Positions 1 to 11,510 of a stretch of DNA of 64,000 nt are shown here, piece after piece. Origin of the DNA: an uncultured Clostridia bacterium (lineage in GTDB: Bacteria > Bacillota > Clostridia > Christensenellales > UBA1242); the NCBI GenBank assembly GCA_944377415.1, contig CALWEW010000001.1, positions 35,604 through 99,603 of the forward strand, in the 5' to 3' direction. Within the stretch, counting starts at the first letter, position 1. Every line of letters starts with the position of its first letter. The translations under genes were made by a program, and so were the position numbers. The notes under the pieces were generated by a model that did not search any database, was not told the origin of the DNA, and saw only the letters and a list, made by a program, of their open reading frames with translations.

Positions 1-3000
1 GCTAATTGAATTAAATTGCAAAGGAATATTTGTTTGATAATAATAGTAGTACCCCTGTGCACAATAGAACTGTGCAATCTCGTCTGAATAAGTCGAACCA
101 AAAGTACAGTCGTTTTGATTGAATGTCGCCTGTACTGTTTCAAGACGAGGATAGAAGTAGAATGAATATACACCATTTGTGTATTCACTCGCCCAATCAC
201 TAGATACCCAGTTAAGAGAGTCCGCTCCGTCTGGCGCAACTGTGCGAATATCAATATCTATCCTACCACCATGGTATTGTCCACTTGAAATAGGCGTATC
301 CTCATTAATGAGTTCAAAAATTCGCTCATACAAACAGGTTATCTCATATAGATAAATGTCTTGATAAGTTGAGTAATCATAACGCGCTGTGTCTGTATCC
401 TTTCCACTAGAAAGCGCAGCCGAAAGCGCCGAAGCAAACGAACCGTTTGTAGTCGTGCCCGTTGTGTAATTTGTGCCCATTGTCGCATTTACATCACGGG
501 TATTTAGTGTAAATGTTGTCGACTTGTCGCCATACGAAAGTTTAATTTCGTATTGCGTGTTTGTATTTGTTGCGAGCATTCCATATTCAAAGGCCTGTCC
601 GCCGTTGCGCAAAAGTGTATCATACGAAGTATACATATACGGGTTGCCCGCAACACCTGCGTACTCAGCATTTGTTGCATTACTTACAAGGTTTGTGTAG
701 TAGTCTTGCCCATCGACAGTAATATACTGCATGTCATACATGTCGACAAGGTCAGCAGTCATGTCATCATACATAAGTTCAGCACGAGGCGCAGTGTATT
801 GCTTTCTAATAGTCAAGCAATCGCTTGAAGTGCTTGTTTCACTCGCAATATAATTACGCGTAATTTGCGTGCGGGTCGAATTTACAAGTCCTGTACTGTT
901 GTTTATTGTGTAGAACGAGTTTTGTTCGTTCTCTCCCCCTGTTGCAGAAGGATTACCAGTCTGCACTACCGTAAATCTAAATGAAAGAGTGTTCGGCAAA
1001 CTGCTGTCCATAGCCTCAAAGAGTGCTTGTGTCGAGCCACTGTGATGAATTTCTACATACGCACGCTTGCTATCTTCGTCATAATGAATATCAAGCGTAG
1101 CGGTATTAGAATTCCATGTGAATGAGTTTCCGCCATTACCTGTACCGCTCGAACCACCATCACTTAAATTGTAATCAGTGTATCCAACTTGAACATTTAT
1201 ACGCTTGTCCGCAATCATAAGCGGGTCAGTCGTGTAAACATTATCAAGCCAAATGCGGTAGTAGTACCCATAATTAGAGTCTGCGATAATATAACCGTCT
1301 GTCGCACCCACACTAGAAGCCCCGACATAATCATTCGAGCCATCTTCGTTGAGAATTTCAATACTATTTAGCGTAGGCTCTGCAAACCTAATATAATGGT
1401 TAAATGTGAAATAGAATGCAGGAATTAACGAGTTAAAGTCAAGATATTCAAGAGTGAATGCGTTGCCAGAAATCGTATTTACAATTTCTTGCACAAGTTC
1501 TTCATTCACGCTGCCGTCATCGTTGATTACAAACGGCACATTCTCTCTTACCCAACGCTCGCCGTAAATCAGCGAATCATCGTAATACTGCGTACCGTCT
1601 TCGAGTTCGGATACTGGCATATTCTGGTTTACGACATTGTTGTTTACCCAGGTTTTAATCTTACAATAATATGTGATAGGCGTGTAAACTTTGTCTAGGT
1701 CAGCCCCCTGCACAGAGTTAGGGTTACTCAAAAGTTCGGAAAGCGTAAGTTTGTCAAGCGTAATATTTCTGCCGTAAAGTGTGCCGACTTGTCGTGAGTA
1801 ATCCCACTCGCCCGAGCCAATTATTCTATCCTCATAATCGTACAAAATGTACAGCGGAACGGCTTGTGAACTATTATACTCGTTGTCGCGAGTACCAATT
1901 ATCCAGTGCGCAAGGTATGTGCCGTCTTGCTCTTGTAATTCTGTCCAATTAGTGTTTGTCGCAGCGCGAGGGTCTTGCGTGTTGTATACCCACAATTCAA
2001 ACGCGTTGTTATAATTGTCAGTCTGCGTACTTGTAATTGTGTAGTACTGCCCATTTTCAATATCTTTGTTTTCTAATGGATATAAACTGTCATCAGTAAT
2101 GGCCTGTTGCTGACTATTTTGATGCTTACCAGACATTGTAATATAAGTGTATTCTACACCAACCGAAGTATCACTGTTTAAGTAGTATTGCGAGTTTAAG
2201 TCTTGCTCCTCAACCGAGCCCGCATCAAAGTTCGGACGCGTTGTAGATAAGTAGATATAAACTTTATAGGTCTTATTCGGCTCTAAATTCCAGTTTACGA
2301 TGTTGTCCGCCTGTACGAAACATGTCCTTCCGTCTACTTCGCTAACCCCGTTGTAGTTTTCAAGATAAAGATTAGTCATAATGTTCGGGTTGTTTTCAGG
2401 GTTAAAGTAAATTTCTTGCATGTCCGCAGATAAGAATTCCTCTTGTTCCTCTGGCGTTAGACTATCATACAAAATCTCGTCAGCAAACTGCCCATTAATT
2501 TCTTCAAACGCAATCAAGTTTATGTTATATGAACATTGCGTGTTCACTTCATAAGTAAACGGGTTTGGAGTTAAAGTCCAGTTGATTACATAATTCGAGT
2601 AGTTCGAACCTGTGTAACTCAAACGAGGGTCAAGAATAGGTGTAGGAAGCACAACATAGTGGCAAACCTCAACATTCAACATGTACGGGTCGCCCGTCGG
2701 GCTACTGTCACCGACTTCGTCACCGTTAAGTATCCAGAAAATGTGGTATACACCAGCGTACGGGTTTTCATCGAAAAGTCCGTGAATGTCGATTGTAATT
2801 TTCGCACGAGTTGTATCAGGAGTTGTCGTACTGCCTTGATAACAACGCTCGATTGTTACATCGGGGTTCTCGGGGTCGGTATAAATGCCGTCAAGCCCAA
2901 GATTTGAGTACGCAGGAATGTTATAAGTCAATGTCTGCGTACGGTCGTTGTCGTAGTTAAGTCCGTTATATAATCTTGCTTCAACTGTGATTGTTTCGGG

Positions 3001-6000
3001 TATCATAACCTGAGCAACACCATCAACGGTACTTGTAATTGTGTTTACATAAATTGTGAGGCGTGCTTCTTTGTGGTCGATATTACCCCAATCCCTTGCA
3101 TTGTTGCCTTCTGGCTGTGCAGCAGAGTCTTGAGTTTTAGTAGTTAAATACTCACCAGTAATGCTTGCATCGTTTGTCGTACTGCGCCATACTTCGCGCA
3201 CCATTTTTTCGTGAACCACGGTACTACTTGTGTAGTACGAACTTGTGGTCGTAAGACTTACACGCAAGTAGTAGTATCCACCAGCGAGCGAGTCGCCACC
3301 AGACAACCAGTCACTGCCCGTAATAACGCCCGCATTAACAAGCGCATTAAGTTCATTTATTAGGTTAAAGTCGTATTCCGTCATGCCTCGATTATAAGTA
3401 ATATAGTTATTACTTGTTGCACTGCTCGGCTGGTCCCAAACAACTTCGATATATGCGTTATTTTCTTTCACATCATCGTAGTCAGCGTTCGGGTCGGGCT
3501 CGGGGTCGCCGACATGCCAGTCTGCAAGTTTAAGTAGACTTACCGTCATAAAGATTGAATCGCCGCTGCCAGTAATATCCTCGTAAACCGCAGAACTTAC
3601 ATCGTTTGTAAGTGTAATGTCAAATTGACGGTGGTCGTCCCAATCAACCGTAATTGTCGGCAAATCACTTGAATTTGCAAGGTTGTTTGTCGGTACTTCT
3701 ACCCACTCACTGTCGGTATAAAGCACGCGAATGCTTTCGTCCTCAACATTTGCGGTTGGCGAATTAGTGTAGATAAATACTGCATTTCTGCTACTACCAC
3801 CAGCGATTAGCATGTCGCTAATATCACAAGAGGTCAGTCCGCTAACCTGCCTTGTTGCATCGGTGTAGTCATCAGGCGAAGTACTCCATGTGCGCACAAC
3901 GATTGTAAAGTTCATTGTGTCGAGAGTGTCATAACCTAATTCATTCACCCCATAAATTGTGTCGTTGTAGTCCCATGTTACTAGCCCCTCACTAGACAAC
4001 TGCACATTTGTTGGCTGTTCGGGGAAAGGAACATCGCGATAAGTATACGGGTTGAAGTGCCCGAGCGAACCATAAGAAGCAGGGCTAAATATGCGAGTAT
4101 CAAACACCGCACCGTTTTTGTCAAGAGCCTCTGCCGAAAGCATGTATTCATAAGTTCCAGCAAGATAGTATGTACCATCACGAAGTGAAGTATCAATACG
4201 GGTTCTGTCCTCAAAGTACTCTTTCATGTCAAAAATTATACGGTTGTTTGGTTCGTCAAGAATGAAGCCGTCATCACTTGCTGAATTATCAAGCGAATAT
4301 GTATATTCAATCTCGCCCGTTTCATTTCGAGTTACCTCTATTGACAATAATGCCGAGTATTCTTTTTCGTGGCGAACAGTTTGAATTTTATCACCGAACG
4401 ATTGCGATAAGTCGCTCATCGTAACAGTGTAGCGAACTTTTATGCTATAAGGGTGAGTAGGCAAAGTCCAGTATAAAGTACCGTTTTGCGCATAGATGTC
4501 CCCTTCTTCTGCGTTTTGTTCGGTTACCTCGGTAACAAGACTATTTATGCTAGAATCGCCACCACGAGCAGGAGCAAAGTCCATGAGTTGAGTTTTGAAC
4601 TCGAATGTAGTCGGTGTTTGAATTGTATGACTGTTTAATTCGTACTCACCCACCGCTAGCGATTGAACGGTGAAGTAATACTCGTGCGGGCCGAATGTCG
4701 AAATGTAGTCATACATTGAAAGTCCCAAAGGCACGCCATCAGAGAAATTCTCATCTCTCATAGTCATGTCGACTGCATTTGCCGCAGTAAGAGTGTCACT
4801 GTTGTAGTGGTCGTAGTAGTACGGAGTTACTCGGTAAGTTGTACCGTTTTCCGCGTTGCTAAATACGATATTTACTCTGTTTACATTCGTACGAGTCGAA
4901 GTGTCAGAGTACCCTACACTTAATGATGTTTCATTAAGCGCGGGCGAAGCATTACGAGTATAAAGGTTGCGCTCGAAAATACTTTCTAGCACTGTCCCAG
5001 TCTCGCTTAATGGAGTTTCAACATTTCCGCTAACATAGAAGTAATATCTCTCATCGCCCCAAGGAACGAGTTTAATTTTATTTAAGCCCGCCCCCGCAAG
5101 AACTGCATTTTGCTGTTGCGTAAGGCTAAGTTTGTTTACCGTGTTTGCGATTGCCTCGTAAGTGAGTGCAGTCGCAACATTAGGAATATCACCAATGTAG
5201 TAGAAAATGTCTTGATTATTTTCATCAGTTCCAGTAGACAAGTAAACTTTGAAGTACTGTGCATATGAAACCGTGTCATCAGTAATGATTAAGTATTTGT
5301 CGTTGAAACTTAAATTCTGTTCGTACAATGCCAACTCATCGCTTGCTGAAGTTACTTCGTGATTTGATACTTCGTTTACAAACACATCAGGAGTAACCGC
5401 AATTATATCTTGCGTAACAGCAGATAGCGAGAATTTATTTGTATATGCCGCAGAAACAGGTTCAGAATCTGTGTAATATCCGCTAGCACACACAACTACA
5501 CTAATCGTGCCCTCACCCGCAATAATCGAACGCGAAATATCGTTACTGCTTCCGTCAAGATAATTTAAGGTGTAAAGCCCCAGTTCCCCAGTGCCAACAT
5601 TATAAGTAAATCTTTCGTCTGTACCAGCAGTCTGGTTTGTAATAATGTCGTGGCGGACACCTTCGCTGTCAGTAATGTAAACAGTGAATGCTGCACCCGC
5701 TGAATAGCGCCAAGTAATTACAGTTCTATAAGTCGAGTTAATAGGTGTCGTTTCTACACTTAAATTTGAAACCCCACCCGCTGCGGTATAGCGCGTGTAG
5801 TCAACACTTGCCTTGTCCGCAGTACTAGACACATAAACACCAGCGCTTGCATCTTCGCTAACTCTCACAACTACATAATATACCCCAGCATCAAGGCCGT
5901 CTATTAGTGCCGAAATATCGTAGCTTGTCGCGTTTGTCGTTGCGCTTCTGCTGTCAAAGACTTCGCCCCCCGCCGTTGTCGAAATGTAAATTTCGTACTG

Positions 6001-9000
6001 TGTCGCAAAGGTTACAGGTTGCCACGAAGCCACCGTGCCAGTTATTGTTAGATTTGTCGGAGCATCAGCGATTAAAACGGGGAATGTTACACTGCCCACA
6101 CTCGTTTGCTCGTTATATGCGATGTAGTTTTCTTCGTTGTAGTTATAGTATGTTGGGCTCGCGGTAATCGAGTAATTAACAGTTCTGCCACCGAGCAAAA
6201 TACGCGATATAATCTCGTCGCTTCCGCTAATTGTAACGGTTATTGTTTCGCCCGAAATGTCTACACTGCTCATGTCGACAGTGTAACCATTAAGGCTTAA
6301 ACTGTAAGTCGAGCCATTAAATGCCGTGCCGTTTTGCAAGGTGTTTGTCCATGTGAGCGTGTAGGTATTTGTTGACTTTTCGTAAGACACTGCAAAATCA
6401 TTAACAGCATCAAGGTCTTGCGTATTTATAAATACGCTTTCAACTATTGTGCTCGATACCCCTTCGCCGCTGTGCGATTGAAGATTAAAGTGAATTGCGT
6501 ATACGGCGCTGTCTGGCAATGCAAAAGTTATACTTTCACTTGTCGTTGTTAGGTCGAGTGATGCAGGACTGCCTGCGGTAAATGTGCCATTTTCTCCTAA
6601 AACTTGTGATGCACCATCAGCCCCGATAATCTCGACAGAGTATATATAGTTACGATTTTCGTAGTGAACGTCGCCCGTCCACGAAATTGTTACGTTCTGT
6701 CCGTCAAAACTTGCCACAATGTTCTCAGGGTCGTTCATCTGCCCTATTATAAAGTTATAGTTATATGAGCTCGTAGGTGCGAAAGTGAATTCGGTAAGCC
6801 CGCCACTAATCTCAGGCTCACAATCTACAGGAGTCGTAGCTGCGGTTATTGTTACATTGAATGTAGAATATGTTGTGCCCCACGCAGTTACAAAGTTATT
6901 AAATTCATTTTCTGCTTGCGTGTATTCATCGCTGCCTTCTTGATAATCGCCTACGAAATCAGCAAGACCGAAAGTAAATGTTCCAGTGATTCCGCTCTTT
7001 GTAAACGAACCTTGTGTGTCGCCGTTTGTGTAGTTGATAACTATAGTATATGTCGCGGCGCTCGCAAGACTCGGCAATTCTGCAAGGTTTAAATTTACGG
7101 TAAATTGAGCAGGCACACCCTCGCTTTCGGGAGTAAGGCTCATTCCAAAGTTATCGACCACGACAAAATTTTGCCCGTAGTAAACAACAAGCTCATCACT
7201 CCAAACGCTCGCGGCAAACTGCCCGTTTTGCGAAGAGCGGACATAAATCATATAAATTCCACGCTCTGTAAAGTGCGTTCCACCCTGCACAAGATATGTG
7301 CTACTTGCCCAGTTTAAGTTGTTGAATGTTTGACTGCTTGCAACCCCACCCGTGCTATCAAGCAAGTCTACACGCAAATCAAATCGTATTGCGCGCGGGT
7401 CGATGTTGCTAGCGAGAATTGACGCATCGCCTTCGTTTAAAATTGTTGAGTAGTAAGTACTGTCGCCAGTATTAAACGCAATTGTCGGTGCGGTAAGTTG
7501 CTCTTGATAAGAGAACCTTATAGAGCCAACGAAACTATCGAGCATCACACCATTTCCAAGCGCGGTAACTGAAATGTAGTAGTAACCGCTTGTCATGTTG
7601 CCGAGCCCGTTTTGGTCAGTTAGCGTAAATTCGGTGTCGTATACAGTGGTGCGCAAAATTTCATTAGGCTGCGAGCCTGTACTCGATGCGCTCGTTATCA
7701 CGAGCAAATATCCGTTCGGCGAAATTGTCACATACCCAGCTGTTCTGGTTGTCGCATCGCCCAAAACTTCGGCGCTCACATCATCCCACGAAATTTCGAC
7801 ACAACTATTCGTAAAATCTTGAAATGCGGTTACATCTGGCGTGTTAAAGCGTACATTCCAAGTGAATTTATATTCGGTCGCATCACTCGCTTGATAAACG
7901 CCCGTGTCGCGAGGGTTTGCAGTAACCAAGAATGTATACTCACCCGCAACAGCACTTGCAAGCGCACTTTCAAGGTTGTAGTAAACATAACCGCCATCGA
8001 CATAGTTAGCCTGCGCATTAATGCCTAAATCGCTATTTACAATTGAATAGTAGTCAACAAGGCTATTGTACAAAATTTGCAAATACCATTGATTGTTGCG
8101 CTGAACGGCGCTAACAACGGGCTTGTTTAACTTGTTGCTGAAATCCCATGTATGAGTAGCAGGCGCGCCGTCGTCGTAGTATCCACCAGATACCGCATGC
8201 GCGGTAATCACAAATGAGTACTGCCCTACTGCACTAAATACGCCTTGTGTGTTTAGGCGAAGAACTGTTTTGTATCCGCCATCGCCGTCAGACACGGTGT
8301 ATTCGCTAATTACAGGATTTGGAATAGACGAACCGTTAATACTTACAGAATAACTGTCAACATCAGAAATGTAATCCCATTGCAAATACGAATTGTCGTC
8401 TGCTTGAATAAAGTTTGTCGGAGTGCCTAGTGTTTTGCGAATTTCGAAAGCGCATGCATTTGTGTTTGATACAAGAGTATTAGACTCTGCCGAAACAGCG
8501 TACGCTTCAAAGCGGTACCCACCTACCAAAATGTTGTTGCCGTCATTGATTAAACTGTAATCGCGAAGTGAAAGTATGTATTCGCCGTTTACAAAATCAG
8601 ACATTGAAATAAAGTCAGAGTATGTAACACCAGTAGTACCGTTAAATGTCCATTCAATATTAGACACATAGTTTACAGACTGCTCGGACATTGTGATTTT
8701 AATCGTATAATCATCAGCATTGTATTCAAGTCCAGGAGTTTCAACCACAAGCAAGTTCATGTAGTTTTGTGTCCAATAGCAATTTGAAGTATCCAAATAC
8801 TCTTGCGATGTGTCCGCCCCCGTTCTACCAGGGTAAACAGTTATAGAAACATCAGTGTAAAGTGGCAGATATTCAAAACCTACTACCGCCACACCATCAG
8901 CGCCCGCTTCACAAGAAATCACAAGCGTGTGCCCTGTGCTAAATTCGAGATAGTACGATGTTACATAGCGGTTAAATGCAGGAATAGTAATTTGCACGCC

Positions 9001-11376
9001 TTCTTCGGTACCGTCTCCCGCAGGCACATAACTAAATTCAAGTGTCGAACTTCCGCTTAAAACATAGTTATATGTATAAGTCGTTTCGACATAATCACTG
9101 AAAAGATATAGTTGCCCCGAGTTCGCAGCACGCACCATGATTGTATTATTCGGCCCTAAAACGAGATAATTACTAATATCTGCTACTGTCGAACCGTCAA
9201 TTTCTTCGTTGTTAACCGTTCTGTCGTTGATAATTACTTCGTAAGTTCCGCCCGATTGAGTAACCGAGTAAACAGAATCCCACGAAAGTAGTACTACATT
9301 TGAGCCTTCGTTTTGTGTAACGGTTAAATTAGTCGGAGCAGCGTGCTTAAACGAGTTTACAAAGGTATAAGTTGTCGACTGTACACTGTTAATATAGCCG
9401 ACACTCTCACCCGAAGTAATCACCGCCTGCACGGTAATACGATATTGTTGCGGTTCATTAAATGAATTAATATAATTTGTAAATTGAGTTGTTTCGGTAA
9501 TTAGTTGATTTGCAGGAACTTCACTAGGCTGTGTTACTTGAAATGCCAGCACATTATTTATTCTTATATAATATACTTCGGCATTTTCAATGTAGTTCCA
9601 TGTGAGAGCGTAGGTATAATCATTCATGCCACCGCCCTCGACTGGTGTGCGAACTACACTTGAAATCGTCGGTGTCGGCAAACGCACTTGATAAGTAAAT
9701 GTCGCCATTTCACTTTCAGCCGAGTTTGTGTAGTACATAGAATTACTTGCCGCCATTACTGTTATACCATACGAACCAGGTTTAAGCCCTGCCGAATTCA
9801 TGTAATCGGTAATTGTAATTCTTGTTTCATAAACAGTTTGTGATAAACGCACAGAACCAACTTCGACCGTTCCATCAGGTTTAAGAACAACATCGTAAAC
9901 TCTCACAATGTAGCCCGCACTCGCATCTGAAATTGTATTCCAAGTTGCCGAATATACACCATCAGCAGGAACAAGCGTAACAGAAGGTGCAGGAAGTTGT
10001 GTAACAGCGCTATATTCGCTAGACAACTCACTATAAGCACTAGAAAGCACATATTCATAACTATTGTTGACCGCCTGCACACTCACACAGAAAGCACGCC
10101 CCGCGGTTTCTAAGTCGCTTAATGCGATTGTATAACTCGTTACGAGCAAGTTTTCAACAGTTGTATATAGATAGAACGAACTGCCTTCTTCATCGGGATA
10201 TGCGTTAGCATACAATCTAAGATTATATGAAGTCGCCATATAATAACTATTCGGGTCATATGGATTTACATCACGCACGGGGTTCCAAGTGATGACTAAA
10301 TTCGAGCCCTGTTTGCTTATCGACATTCCCGCGGTATCAGGAGCCGAAAGCGTGTGCCTTACGGTATAACTAATTTCATTACTTGTCTGCGAAGCAATGT
10401 CAAGTTGCCCATTATTTGTTTTTGGAAGCGCAGTAAGATATACCGTGTGCGCGCCTAGTGTATCAGCAATAGGCGTGCCGTTGACTGTCAAATCGTTTAA
10501 GTTTACAGAATATGTTTGCAAACCTTCAAGTTCGTCAGCGGTAACCGTCAAAGCGCGATAACCGTCAATATAGAGTTGATATTCCTCGACCGCGAAATCG
10601 ACATCCCAAGACACATTTTTCGCTGTCGCCTGCTCAATATCACTGCCAAAATCATATTTTAGATTTGGAGTATTAATCGACATCGTGCGATAAAAATAAC
10701 TTTCTTCACTATAATCACTGTCCAAAATGTAGGCATTTGACGAATCAGTTTCAAGGCTGTACGAACTTGCCTTAACGCTTATGCTAAAAAAGTTGTAAGC
10801 ATCAAGTTCGGGGTTGTTTGCAATGTATGACGAAAAGTTAAAACTATTCGGCGCAAGCGTAAAAGTACGATTATTGCTTGAACCGCTAATTTGATTTGAG
10901 AAGTTAATACTCAAAGTATAACTTTCAGCATATTGCACCTGCCCCCAATAGAGCGTACCATTATTCCAACTAAGATTTGTCGGCGCTAGCAAAGTTGTCG
11001 TGTTTGTTGCAGACACTACCCCACTGACATACGAGTTGTAGTCTGGAGTCGAGTGAATAGCCTGCACCGAAAAATCGTACACGCCGAAAGTGCTAATATA
11101 AGCCGACACATCGACAGTCGAACCTGTGGTAGAAAGCGTATAAGAGCCATTCATGCTGTTTATAAACACACGATAACTCTCGGCATTCGACACAGGACTA
11201 TACGACAGTATCCAGTTTTGGTCGTCTATGTGAAGATTTGTCGGAGTGTCAAGTCTCTGATTTAGAGAAGTACTCGGGCGGTCCTTAGGCATTAGCAAGA
11301 AAATCAAGCCGATAATACCTAGTACCAGCACAAGTGCCACCACGACAATAATAGTAATTTTTACCGCTTTTGACAT
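1..11376 (-). CDS. Giant (>3792 aa, 3' end outside window) membrane-anchored surface protein with about 20 FN3-like repeats
   Basis: ATG at 11376 preceded by GGGGG RBS. Translation starts MSKAVKITIIVVVALVLVLGIIGLIFLLMPKDRPSTSLNQRLDTPTNLHIDDQNWILSYSPVSNAESYRVFI (single N-terminal TM). Repeated L-x-(T/A)P-x-N-L...L-x-W...Y modules, e.g. LLAPTNLSWNNGTLYWGQVQYAES. Sampled segments down to base 1 are open (...AQGYYYYYQTNIPLQFNSIS). The track lists no ORF from this start, consistent with no stop before the edge. Confidence 0.93.
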   Translation of the reverse strand, partial: MSKAVKITIIVVVALVLVLGIIGLIFLLMPKDRPSTSLNQRLDTPTNLHIDDQNWILSYSPVSNAESYRVFINSMNGSYTLSTTGSTVDVSAYISTFGVYDFSVQAIHSTPDYNSYVSGVVSATNTTTLLAPTNLSWNNGTLYWGQVQYAESYTLSINFSNQISGSSNNRTFTLAPNSFNFSSYIANNPELDAYNFFSISVKASSYSLETDSSNAYILDSDYSEESYFYRTMSINTPNLKYDFGSDIEQATAKNVSWDVDFAVEEYQLYIDGYRALTVTADELEGLQTYSVNLNDLTVNGTPIADTLGAHTVYLTALPKTNNGQLDIASQTSNEISYTVRHTLSAPDTAGMSISKQGSNLVITWNPVRDVNPYDPNSYYMATSYNLRLYANAYPDEEGSSFYLYTTVENLLVTSYTIALSDLETAGRAFCVSVQAVNNSYEYVLSSAYSELSSEYSAVTQLPAPSVTLVPADGVYSATWNTISDASAGYIVRVYDVVLKPDGTVEVGSVRLSQTVYETRITITDYMNSAGLKPGSYGITVMAASNSMYYTNSAESEMATFTYQVRLPTPTISSVVRTPVEGGGMNDYTYALTWNYIENAEVYYIRINNVLAFQVTQPSEVPANQLITETTQFTNYINSFNEPQQYRITVQAVITSGESVGYINSVQSTTYTFVNSFKHAAPTNLTVTQNEGSNVVLLSWDSVYSVTQSGGTYEVIINDRTVNNEEIDGSTVADISNYLVLGPNNTIMVRAANSGQLYLFSDYVETTYTYNYVLSGSSTLEFSYVPAGDGTEEGVQITIPAFNRYVTSYYLEFSTGHTLVISCEAGADGVAVVGFEYLPLYTDVSITVYPGRTGADTSQEYLDTSNCYWTQNYMNLLVVETPGLEYNADDYTIKITMSEQSVNYVSNIEWTFNGTTGVTYSDFISMSDFVNGEYILSLRDYSLINDGNNILVGGYRFEAYAVSAESNTLVSNTNACAFEIRKTLGTPTNFIQADDNSYLQWDYISDVDSYSVSINGSSIPNPVISEYTVSDGDGGYKTVLRLNTQGVFSAVGQYSFVITAHAVSGGYYDDGAPATHTWDFSNKLNKPVVSAVQRNNQWYLQILYNSLVDYYSIVNSDLGINAQANYVDGGYVYYNLESALASAVAGEYTFLVTANPRDTGVYQASDATEYKFTWNVRFNTPDVTAFQDFTNSCVEISWDDVSAEVLGDATTRTAGYVTISPNGYLLVITSASSTGSQPNEILRTTVYDTEFTLTDQNGLGNMTSGYYYISVTALGNGVMLDSFVGSIRFSYQEQLTAPTIAFNTGDSTYYSTILNEGDASILASNIDPRAIRFDLRVDLLDSTGGVASSQTFNNLNWASSTYLVQGGTHFTERGIYMIYVRSSQNGQFAASVWSDELVVYYGQNFVVVDNFGMSLTPESEGVPAQFTVNLNLAELPSLASAATYTIVINYTNGDTQGSFTKSGITGTFTFGLADFVGDYQEGSDEYTQAENEFNNFVTAWGTTYSTFNVTITAATTPVDCEPEISGGLTEFTFAPTSSYNYNFIIGQMNDPENIVASFDGQNVTISWTGDVHYENRNYIYSVEIIGADGASQVLGENGTFTAGSPASLDLTTTSESITFALPDSAVYAIHFNLQSHSGEGVSSTIVESVFINTQDLDAVNDFAVSYEKSTNTYTLTWTNTLQNGTAFNGSTYSLSLNGYTVDMSSVDISGETITVTISGSDEIISRILLGGRTVNYSITASPTYYNYNEENYIAYNEQTSVGSVTFPVLIADAPTNLTITGTVASWQPVTFATQYEIYISTTAGGEVFDSRSATTNATSYDISALIDGLDAGVYYVVVRVSEDASAGVYVSSTADKASVDYTRYTAAGGVSNLSVETTPINSTYRTVITWRYSAGAAFTVYITDSEGVRHDIITNQTAGTDERFTYNVGTGELGLYTLNYLDGSSNDISRSIIAGEGTISVVVCASGYYTDSEPVSAAYTNKFSLSAVTQDIIAVTPDVFVNEVSNHEVTSASDELALYEQNLSFNDKYLIITDDTVSYAQYFKVYLSTGTDENNQDIFYYIGDIPNVATALTYEAIANTVNKLSLTQQQNAVLAGAGLNKIKLVPWGDERYYFYVSGNVETPLSETGTVLESIFERNLYTRNASPALNETSLSVGYSDTSTRTNVNRVNIVFSNAENGTTYRVTPYYYDHYNSDTLTAANAVDMTMRDENFSDGVPLGLSMYDYISTFGPHEYYFTVQSLAVGEYELNSHTIQTPTTFEFKTQLMDFAPARGGDSSINSLVTEVTEQNAEEGDIYAQNGTLYWTLPTHPYSIKVRYTVTMSDLSQSFGDKIQTVRHEKEYSALLSIEVTRNETGEIEYTYSLDNSASDDGFILDEPNNRIIFDMKEYFEDRTRIDTSLRDGTYYLAGTYEYMLSAEALDKNGAVFDTRIFSPASYGSLGHFNPYTYRDVPFPEQPTNVQLSSEGLVTWDYNDTIYGVNELGYDTLDTMNFTIVVRTWSTSPDDYTDATRQVSGLTSCDISDMLIAGGSSRNAVFIYTNSPTANVEDESIRVLYTDSEWVEVPTNNLANSSDLPTITVDWDDHRQFDITLTNDVSSAVYEDITGSGDSIFMTVSLLKLADWHVGDPEPDPNADYDDVKENNAYIEVVWDQPSSATSNNYITYNRGMTEYDFNLINELNALVNAGVITGSDWLSGGDSLAGGYYYLRVSLTTTSSYYTSSTVVHEKMVREVWRSTTNDASITGEYLTTKTQDSAAQPEGNNARDWGNIDHKEARLTIYVNTITSTVDGVAQVMIPETITVEARLYNGLNYDNDRTQTLTYNIPAYSNLGLDGIYTDPENPDVTIERCYQGSTTTPDTTRAKITIDIHGLFDENPYAGVYHIFWILNGDEVGDSSPTGDPYMLNVEVCHYVVLPTPILDPRLSYTGSNYSNYVINWTLTPNPFTYEVNTQCSYNINLIAFEEINGQFADEILYDSLTPEEQEEFLSADMQEIYFNPENNPNIMTNLYLENYNGVSEVDGRTCFVQADNIVNWNLEPNKTYKVYIYLSTTRPNFDAGSVEEQDLNSQYYLNSDTSVGVEYTYITMSGKHQNSQQQAITDDSLYPLENKDIENGQYYTITSTQTDNYNNAFELWVYNTQDPRAATNTNWTELQEQDGTYLAHWIIGTRDNEYNSSQAVPLYILYDYEDRIIGSGEWDYSRQVGTLYGRNITLDKLTLSELLSNPNSVQGADLDKVYTPITYYCKIKTWVNNNVVNQNMPVSELEDGTQYYDDSLIYGERWVRENVPFVINDDGSVNEELVQEIVNTISGNAFTLEYLDFNSLIPAFYFTFNHYIRFAEPTLNSIEILNEDGSNDYVGASSVGATDGYIIADSNYGYYYRIWLDNVYTTDPLMIADKRINVQVGYTDYNLSDGGSSGTGNGGNSFTWNSNTATLDIHYDEDSKRAYVEIHHSGSTQALFEAMDSSLPNTLSFRFTVVQTGNPSATGGENEQNSFYTINNSTGLVNSTRTQITRNYIASETSTSSDCLTIRKQYTAPRAELMYDDMTADLVDMYDMQYITVDGQDYYTNLVSNATNAEYAGVAGNPYMYTSYDTLLRNGGQAFEYGMLATNTNTQYEIKLSYGDKSTTFTLNTRDVNATMGTNYTTGTTTNGSFASALSAALSSGKDTDTARYDYSTYQDIYLYEITCLYERIFELINEDTPISSGQYHGGRIDIDIRTVAPDGADSLNWVSSDWASEYTNGVYSFYFYPRLETVQATFNQNDCTFGSTYSDEIAQFYCAQGYYYYYQTNIPLQFNSIS

Positions 11377-11389
11377 AAAAGAACCCCCA

Positions 11390-11414
11390 TATTTGACACG
11401 ATTTGTGTCAAATA
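11390..11414. promoter_or_regulatory. Perfect palindrome just upstream of the RBS of the giant gene (operator or hairpin)
   Basis: TATTTGACAC-gattt-GTGTCAAATA, 10-bp perfect arms, 14 nt from the start codon. Confidence 0.45.
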
Positions 11415-11510
11415 AATTAGCAGTTAGTAATTTTTTCTTTCCACACAATGTTGAAATGTGGAAAACTTTCGGGCAAATTCGGGCAACAACAAAGAAGTTT
11501 TAAAGAATTT

